A DNA stretch of 32,000 bases. Source: Candidatus Saccharimonadota bacterium (lineage in GTDB: Bacteria; Patescibacteriota; Microgenomatia; UBA1406; GWC2-37-13). A program made the position numbers and the translations under genes. The DNA is taken from the NCBI GenBank assembly GCA_016700135.1, contig CP065004.1:480001-512000 (forward strand), in the 5' to 3' direction. This document shows, in pieces, positions 25,691 through 31,786 of the stretch. Position 1 is the stretch's first letter. The number at the start of each line of letters is the position of its first letter. The notes beneath the pieces are model-generated. The model made no database searches, was not told where the DNA came from, and was given only the letters and a program-made list of their open reading frames with translations.

Positions 25691-26843
25691 TTACCGAAGT
25701 ACTTGACTCATCCATACTCTGATCCTGAAGATCCAGCCTTCAAAATAACTCTCAAGCTGGCGGTCATACTTTTTCACGGTATCAAATCCTTCCTTAGCTT
25801 TTGTAAGCGGTTTCTCAGTCGCCTGATCAAGCTTTTGTACATTTTCGGGATTTACTACTTCACGTGCCAGTTCTTTCGGCGATTTAATTTCGATAGGTTC
25901 TGATACTTGTTGCGGGTCAGAGGGATTCGGATCTTTCCGTCCGAACCAGGGAAGTGAGAAAGGACTTGATTCGGTCGGTTGAGGATCGTAGGGATTTCCG
26001 GGCATACCGGTCCATGTCGGGGCAGGTGTCCATGTAGGTACAGGTGTCCATGTTGCGTTTGGATCCGCCGGAGGAATAGTATTTGTCGGTTGTCCCGGCG
26101 GGACAGTAGGCTGATTTGTTGTTCCCGGTCTGGTCGTCGGTGTGGGCTGATTGGGCCTCAATGTGGCCGTTGGCGGTTGTGGTCTTGGAGTTGCAGTCGG
26201 CTCATTCGGTCTTGGAGTTGCTGTCGGCGGTGGAGTGGTGGGTCGCGGGGTATTGGTGGCAGTAGGCGGCGGGGGTGCCTGTGTGTTTGTCGGAGTAGGA
26301 TTTCCTCCCGGCATATTCGGAGCAAGACCGTATTTGGGGACCTTATTCCCGTTTTCATCTTTCTTTACACATCCGTATTCGTTAAAACCACCGGGAAGTC
26401 CCCAGTATTTACCACAATCTCGTTTGTCGCCTGAAAGCAAATCACAGTAATTCGGGTGACAGTGCCATCGTTCCATAAAACAGCAAAATCTCGAATCCTG
26501 ATATTGGACCATGTCTGCGCAGCAATCCGGCTGATGTTGAGAACAATAGTAACGTTGATACTCTGTTGTTGGGGGGCCAACGGGGCTTATTCTGATCACA
26601 GACATATGAATATCGGTCATCATCGTAAGTATTTTGCGGTGTTTTCGGTTTGCGCGTGCAGCCATCTGGGTAGCAGATATCCTGATCATCACAGGTGCAC
26701 TCTTCAACTGATTCAGATGCTTTGCTGGCGGTCGTAAAGAGCTTTCCTCTTTCGGAAGTGTATTGAGAAACGGAAATACTGATAATTACGGCAATGATAA
26801 AAAGAATGCTAACCATCATAAGCCGAACATCTGTTTTTTTCAT
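25691..26843 (-). pseudogene. Cys-rich, Pro/Thr-rich secreted surface protein split by a single-base frameshift in a C6 (plus-strand G6) tract
   Basis: Track ORF 26442..26843 supplies the signal anchor plus a Cys-rich start (MKKTDVRLMMVSILFIIAVIISI...ECTCDDQDICYPDGC...YVCDQNKPRWPP). Track ORF 25691..26707 continues the Cys-rich domain in another frame from ...PPTTEYQRYYCSQHQPDCC. The frames swap at G6 26571-26576. Removing one G gives ...RWPPTTEYQRYYC... and one ~383-aa protein. Confidence 0.7.
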
Positions 26844-26897
26844 GTATGAATTGATTATAATAGACTTTTAGTCCAGTTGGTAGATTAGAAGACTATT

Positions 26898-27419
26898 ATG
26901 AGCATAACGACAAAAACAGGAGACAAAGGAGAAACCGCGCTTTTCGGAGGTAAAAGGGTAAAAAAATACGATCCGCAGGTGGAAGCTTATGGTTCTGTGG
27001 ATGAGGCAACCTCTTTTATCGGATCGGCAATTGAAGCGATTTCCGATAAAGATGTGACAGGCCTCCTTACGAATGTGCAGCTTACTTTATATATTCTTAT
27101 GGCACATTTGTCCGGATACAAGATGGATCGCAATAAAGTCGAAGATCACTTAAAAAGTATAGAAAAGGAAATTGTCCGTCTTGAAAATACGTTGCCGAAA
27201 CTGACCAGGTTCATTCTTCCGCAAGGGAGCGAGGAGGCATCACGGTTGCAGATAGCACGTGCGATGGTTCGATCCTCAGAGCGGCGGGTAACGGCGTATG
27301 TAGACCGTAAAACAGAACAAACTGCCGATGATATGATGGCGGTACAGTATCTCAACCGCCTTTCCGATCTCTTGTTTATGTTAGCCAGGAAATATACTCC
27401 GGAAGAACACCTTACCTAA
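26898..27419 (+). CDS. pduO: PduO-type ATP:cob(I)alamin adenosyltransferase
   Basis: TKTGDKGETALFGGKRV.K.D..VEAYGSVDE at the N-terminus and RAMVRSSERR later on, both family signatures. Confidence 0.9.
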   Translation: MSITTKTGDKGETALFGGKRVKKYDPQVEAYGSVDEATSFIGSAIEAISDKDVTGLLTNVQLTLYILMAHLSGYKMDRNKVEDHLKSIEKEIVRLENTLPKLTRFILPQGSEEASRLQIARAMVRSSERRVTAYVDRKTEQTADDMMAVQYLNRLSDLLFMLARKYTPEEHLT

Positions 27420-27744
27420 GCTCATCAATTTTAGCTGCCATAATAAAATCATTAAGACTTAAGCCTTGAATTTTCTGAGTCATAAGATCAATGAGTACAT
27501 TCCGAAAATTATGGACATAGATATCCGGATGATGCCCCTCTTCTTCGGCCAGTTCTGCAACTTGGTTCACGAAATCAATAGCCTCTCGGAAGTTTTTGAA
27601 AGTAAAATCACGACTGATTTGTCTTTCATCTACAACGCTCCAATCCTTGTGCAGTTTTCCGAGGTTTTCCATAATTGCCTCCCTTTTCATAGGAGGTGTA
27701 TCAATTGAGCAGGCTTCACATTTTTTTTGAGTAAGATTATTCAT
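27412..27744 (-). CDS. 4a-hydroxytetrahydrobiopterin (pterin-4-alpha-carbinolamine) dehydratase
   Basis: 110 aa. W......I.R.F.FKNF..A..FVN.VA.LAEEEGHHPDI...........L.T.....L...DF..A..ID pattern. Confidence 0.9.
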   Translation of the reverse strand: MNNLTQKKCEACSIDTPPMKREAIMENLGKLHKDWSVVDERQISRDFTFKNFREAIDFVNQVAELAEEEGHHPDIYVHNFRNVLIDLMTQKIQGLSLNDFIMAAKIDELR

Positions 27745-27805
27745 AAGTATGGGTTGATTTTTAATGCATGATGGTGTAATTTTACTATACGTTAAAAATA
27801 TAAAT

Positions 27806-27957
27806 GCTTGGTAAGCATCATCCCGCCGAGTAAGGGAAAAGATGCTAAGTATCAGGGAATGAGGTGTAATTCCTCAACTGTGCCGCAGCGGTAATTCCGA
27901 TTTTGATCGGATAAGTCCGAAGACCGACCAAGTCCTCTACCCCGAGCAGGGATATCT
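27806..27957 (+). promoter_or_regulatory. Cobalamin (AdoCbl) riboswitch plus expression platform
   Basis: The conserved core CAGGGAATGAGGTGTAATTCCTCAACTGTGCCGCAGCGGTAA (27853-27894) parallels the E. coli btuB leader core (AGGGAAUCCAGUGCGAAUCUGGAGCUGACGCGCAGCGGUAA). The B12 box AAGTCCGAAGACCGACC (27913-27929) parallels btuB AAGCCCGAAGACCUGCC. Supporting helices: P1 CTTGGT 27807-12 / ACCAAG 27927-32; AGCATC 27814-19 / GATGCT 27841-46; GAGG 27861-64 / CCTC 27872-75; TCCGAT 27896-901 / ATCGGA 27906-11. Confidence 0.85.
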
Positions 27958-29241
27958 ATGTCACCATCTGTCGTCGAATGCGAGACATGCGTCTTGCCAG
28001 AACAAGAACCGCAAATTATCGGAGAATTGCCTCTCGAGAGTACTTTCCCTCTTGATCCGGAGATAGAGTTTCGGGCGATAAATCGCACAAAAAGTGAAAC
28101 AGACCCGGATTACCTAACTCCCGAACAGCTCAACTACTACCAGAGGGAAAATTTAGTCTGTTTTTTATGTGAATTTGCAGGTAAAGTACCGTACAAAAAA
28201 ATTCCGGGAATTGTTACCGATACCGGGAGACTGAAAATCTGTAATATGGATGTCCTGCAAATGGCTGAAAAAGCGGCAGATATTGCGGGAAAAGGATCAA
28301 GGGAAGAGAGCGAACTCATCGGCTGGCAAAAAGCAATTGATTCTATACAATGGGGAGCAAACAGAGTCGATATCGTATCTCCACCGGCAATTGCGGACTA
28401 TATGCTGACATTTTCTCTGTATATTGATGATTATGACCCCAGAATCGGCGGGCGGCCGGTCAGTCAGATTGTATCAAGGCGCGATGAACAGATGGGTTCT
28501 CTCGAGGTAAGTCGCGGAATTTATCAGAATCTTGCTCAAAACGCCGGACAGCATTATGATATCGCTCATTTTTCCGGTCCGGAAGACTTTATTACCAATC
28601 CAATAGTTCATCATACAGAAGACAGTGACAGTCTTGCCCGTGCTGTCACCAGCATCGGTGTCGATGAGAATGACATCGTTTACTCCGAACGATTTGAGCA
28701 GGAAGTACGTGAAGTGCTTGAGCCGATGATACAGGAGTATCTGCGTCAGGTAGACGAACTGTCCTATTTAAGCAGCAGCGAAAAGCATGAATGGCCGTAT
28801 GAAGAAAAAAAACATGCATTAGATGCTCATTTACATACCATGTTCAGTTTTGCAAAAAGGATCGGAAGAGAACTGCAGACGAATTACTGGAATACCGATG
28901 TCGGACAAACCGTTCGTGATATCATGAAACTGCAAACGATTGATCCCATGCAGTATTATGCACATGCAGAAGCAATCCGGCAATCGGAAAGAGCCACAAT
29001 TACAGGAGGCACCTCCTGTCCCAGTCTGAATTCTACATCTGCGATGGAGAGCTTATCAGGGTTTAGTGAATCCGGCATGTCCTTCAATACGGCAATTCAG
29101 AGTTTTATGCAAGGTGAATCAAAAAGTAAAAAAACACTCGAATGCACCTGTCCGAATTGTGATAAAAAAGTTGCGGCCCGAATTGAAAACAATAAAATCA
29201 CCTGTCCCAACTGCAAGGCATCGGCACCGTATAAATGCTAA
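27958..29241 (+). CDS. Uncharacterised 427-aa soluble protein with N-terminal Cys cluster and C-terminal zinc ribbon (riboswitch-controlled)
   Basis: The ATG lies 26 nt after riboswitch P1. No TM segments. Cys clusters: CETC...CFLC (N-terminal) and CTCPNC-x14-CPNC-x7-C as the very C-terminus. I recognise no family. Confidence 0.7.
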   Translation: MSPSVVECETCVLPEQEPQIIGELPLESTFPLDPEIEFRAINRTKSETDPDYLTPEQLNYYQRENLVCFLCEFAGKVPYKKIPGIVTDTGRLKICNMDVLQMAEKAADIAGKGSREESELIGWQKAIDSIQWGANRVDIVSPPAIADYMLTFSLYIDDYDPRIGGRPVSQIVSRRDEQMGSLEVSRGIYQNLAQNAGQHYDIAHFSGPEDFITNPIVHHTEDSDSLARAVTSIGVDENDIVYSERFEQEVREVLEPMIQEYLRQVDELSYLSSSEKHEWPYEEKKHALDAHLHTMFSFAKRIGRELQTNYWNTDVGQTVRDIMKLQTIDPMQYYAHAEAIRQSERATITGGTSCPSLNSTSAMESLSGFSESGMSFNTAIQSFMQGESKSKKTLECTCPNCDKKVAARIENNKITCPNCKASAPYKC

Positions 29242-29290
29242 GATCAGTTTCAGCCTTCACCTTTTCCCGATATTGATTTACACTTAAAGT

Positions 29291-29746
29291 ATGTCAGACA
29301 CAAAGAACGTAACCGACAATCATACATCGATAAAGCACCTGATTGATGACCACCATGCTTCAAATCAGAGTTCTCATTCCAAAGAGGGTGAACCTGCGCG
29401 GCCCCGTTCGGTTGAGAAGCTGCGGGATGAAGAGTATATTGCACCGGAAAACGAACCGACAATAGAAGACAAAGAACTGGAAAAATATATTGAGATTGAA
29501 CGTGATGTTCCGGAGATTCACCCTGATCTTAAAAAAGCGGGACTGCAGGCGCTGGACACGACATCTCTTGATCCGAAACAGAGGGTGCGGTTGCCTATTG
29601 CAGATGAAGAGATTATGAACGGACTGGATGAACCGTTGTCATCTTCCTTCCGTTGGCTGGCGGAGTTTGCTCTATTCATGCTCAAAAGGGCACATCTTGC
29701 CCTGAAACGGGTGCACGGAAAAGTAGTAAGAGTGATTCAAAAGTAA
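29291..29746 (+). CDS. Uncharacterised 151-aa protein with a His-rich N-terminus and an amphipathic C-terminal helix
   Basis: NHTSIKHLIDDHHASNQSSHSKE has 6 His in 23 residues. The C-terminus is FRWLAEFALFMLKRAHLALKRVHGKVVRV. It lies 49 nt downstream of the 427-aa gene. Confidence 0.5.
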   Translation: MSDTKNVTDNHTSIKHLIDDHHASNQSSHSKEGEPARPRSVEKLRDEEYIAPENEPTIEDKELEKYIEIERDVPEIHPDLKKAGLQALDTTSLDPKQRVRLPIADEEIMNGLDEPLSSSFRWLAEFALFMLKRAHLALKRVHGKVVRVIQK

Positions 29747-29802
29747 CCGGCCGGTGATGTTCCACCGTTTATGGCGATGCTGCCGGTTGGAGGATTGCCG
29801 AT

Positions 29803-30126
29803 TTATTCGTTTGTAACCCGCTTAATTTCTTCCTCAAAGCCTTCCTTACTATGGGCTCCGACGAATTGGTTCTTTACTGTACCGTCCTTGAAGATTAAAA
29901 AGGTCGGGATTGAAAATACTGAATAATTGCCGGCAAGTTCCTGATTTGCATCTACGTCAACTTTAACAAATTTTACATCTTTCATCTCTTCAGACAATTC
30001 TTCAAGTATCGGAGCAACAACTTTACATGGGCCGCACCATTCGGCATAAAAATCTACGACTACTACGCCTTTGTGATCAACAACGTCGTTTTGAAATGTT
30101 TCTGATGTTACTTGTACTGCGGCCAT
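29803..30126 (-). CDS. trxA: Thioredoxin
   Basis: 107 aa with the WCGPCK active site. Confidence 0.95.
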   Translation of the reverse strand: MAAVQVTSETFQNDVVDHKGVVVVDFYAEWCGPCKVVAPILEELSEEMKDVKFVKVDVDANQELAGNYSVFSIPTFLIFKDGTVKNQFVGAHSKEGFEEEIKRVTNE

Positions 30127-30345
30127 ATTCTTTTGTTAAATATTAACGGTATGACATTGTACACGATCCGGTATCAGTTTTTCAATGAATATTTAATCAA
30201 GTTTCTTAATTATGTGTTATGATTATGTCTATAGTATTCGTTTTAATGAAGGGAAATATCTGATTTTCCTCTGTATTTTTCGAAATTTCAGGTATACTTG
30301 CAATATCAACGCACATTCTATATACATTTTACGAACGTTAACGTG

Positions 30346-30374
30346 TTGTTATTTCGTGAAGAATGTGGTATATT
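30346..30374 (+). promoter_or_regulatory. Promoter: TTGTTA-17 nt-(TGg)TATATT upstream of the Xer-like gene
   Basis: -35 at 30346-30351. Extended -10 TGGTATATT at 30366-30374. ATG at 30385. Confidence 0.45.
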
Positions 30375-30384
30375 ATAGGCTCAT

Positions 30385-31248
30385 ATGGATGAATATTTTC
30401 TTCCGAAGCTTTTGGAACGATTTGTCTCGTTTCTGAATGACCAGGGAAAATCAAAGTTTACGGTAGTTGCCTACAAGAAAGATATTGAGCAATTTATCGG
30501 CTATTTGGCTTCTCATGAGAAGTCCGATATTCGTGACGTAAAAAAAGAGGATATTGAAGGCTTCATCCAGAATCTGCTTGAAAAGAAATACACTAAAAAA
30601 TCCGCTTCACGTAAGCTCAATTCCATCAGAACTTTTTTCAGATTTTTGAAGCATGAAAGCGTCATCAGTGCAAATCCTGCATTTGACATCTCACATCCGA
30701 AATATGTACAAACTCCGCCTCGCATTCTTTCAAAGATGGAGTATCGTGCACTTCGGGACGTTGCAAAAGAAGATCCCCGCACCTATGCTCTTGTTGAAGT
30801 TTTGCTTCAGACCGGTATTAAGATCGGAGAACTTGCAACACTTCGCGTCGGAGATATCAATAGTAACGTCATTCATATTCAGAAATACGGTAAAAATATT
30901 GAGCGTGATGTCCCGTTGAATAATGCAGCCGCTAAGGCTCTGGAAGTTTATATCAAAGACCGCGGTGAAAATGCTAAATCGGATCATGTTTTTATCACCA
31001 GAACTGGGAATCCGCTTCTTATCAGAAACATCCGACAGATTATTGACCGTTGTTTCCAGGAAGTCGGTATTGAAAATGCCACAGTAAATGACCTTCGCAA
31101 CACATTCATCGCTCATCAGCTGAGAAACGGTGCAACTCTTGAATACATCTCAAATATCGTCGGACACCGACGAATCTCTTCTACCGAAAGGTTTCTCAAC
31201 CTTGTCAAACAGGAAGCAGACCGAAAAGAGAAACTCGGCGAGCTGTAA
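30385..31248 (+). CDS. Tyrosine-recombinase (XerC/XerD)-like protein with substituted catalytic residues
   Basis: 287 aa, collinear with XerD: SAM-like N-domain, then the catalytic-domain blocks. At XerD catalytic positions it has TGIKIGEL (Arg-I -> Lys146), VNDLRNTF (His-II -> Asn235, Arg-II kept), GH (His-III kept) and GHRRISSTERFLNL (nucleophile Tyr -> Phe270, codon TTT 31192-31194). Confidence 0.85.
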   Translation: MDEYFLPKLLERFVSFLNDQGKSKFTVVAYKKDIEQFIGYLASHEKSDIRDVKKEDIEGFIQNLLEKKYTKKSASRKLNSIRTFFRFLKHESVISANPAFDISHPKYVQTPPRILSKMEYRALRDVAKEDPRTYALVEVLLQTGIKIGELATLRVGDINSNVIHIQKYGKNIERDVPLNNAAAKALEVYIKDRGENAKSDHVFITRTGNPLLIRNIRQIIDRCFQEVGIENATVNDLRNTFIAHQLRNGATLEYISNIVGHRRISSTERFLNLVKQEADRKEKLGEL

Positions 31249-31266
31249 TCTTGGTATACTTTCTTC

Positions 31267-31680
31267 ATGAATATTACAGTCCACACAGACGGCGGCTCAC
31301 TCAATAACCCCGGACAGGCCGCAATAGGTTTTCATATAGATGAAGGATCCCGCAGAATTCATGACCACAGTGAAGCAATCGGTATTGCCTCAAACAACGT
31401 TGCGGAATATACTGCGCTTATTCGTGCTTTGACCTATCTGAGAGATAAAATAGCTGTCAAAGAACTGAACGTAGAACGAATTCTTGTCATCGCGGACTCT
31501 GAACTTATGATCAAACAGGTCACGGGACTCTACAAAGTCAAAAATCCGGATATCCGCACGCTTTTTAATCAGGTAAAAGTCCTCGAAATGGAACTTGGAG
31601 TCCCGATTTCTTACAAGCATGTTCTTCGCGCAGAAAACTCAGAAGCAGACGCCCTGGTGAAAAAAGCTCTCGGCAGATAA
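31267..31680 (+). CDS. rnhA: Ribonuclease HI
   Basis: 137 aa. DGGS..NPG (Asp), NNVAEY.AL (Glu), ADSEL (Asp) and SEADALV (Asp) form the DEDD set. Confidence 0.9.
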   Translation: MNITVHTDGGSLNNPGQAAIGFHIDEGSRRIHDHSEAIGIASNNVAEYTALIRALTYLRDKIAVKELNVERILVIADSELMIKQVTGLYKVKNPDIRTLFNQVKVLEMELGVPISYKHVLRAENSEADALVKKALGR

Positions 31681-31786
31681 CCTTGGAACTTGCAGGCTGT
31701 AGAAGGCGGCTGGTACCGAGGAAAGTTAGTTCCTACAAGCTACATACTACTAGCTACAAACTTCTCTCTCCGCTATACTGATATAT

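Noticed and set aside
1156-26450. Many long antisense or alternative-frame ORFs in the track, for example 1156..1542(-), 2166..2564(-), 3555..4013(-), 3628..4062(-), 7249..7653(-), 11585..11911(-), 23373..23747(-), 24538..25122(-), 24971..25327(-), 25979..26434(+) and 26151..26450(+).
   Set aside because: Each lies entirely within a gene with clear family motifs on the other strand or frame. Their composition is biased (Arg/Cys/Ser/Gly-rich), which is typical of shadow ORFs. The 26-kb ones mirror the PT-rich coding repeats.
27266-27275. GGTTCGATCC, a tRNA T-loop-like string.
   Set aside because: It lies inside the well-supported pduO coding sequence, and the flanks do not form a T-stem or acceptor stem. 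I recognised no tRNA anywhere in the window.
29746-29755. Perfect 10-bp palindrome ACCGGCCGGT overlapping the final base of the stop codon of 29291..29746, with a matching GCCGGTT at 29782-29788.
   Set aside because: It cannot form a normal hairpin loop on its own. The long-range pairing encloses ~28 nt and has no U-tract. I cannot support calling it a terminator or operator.
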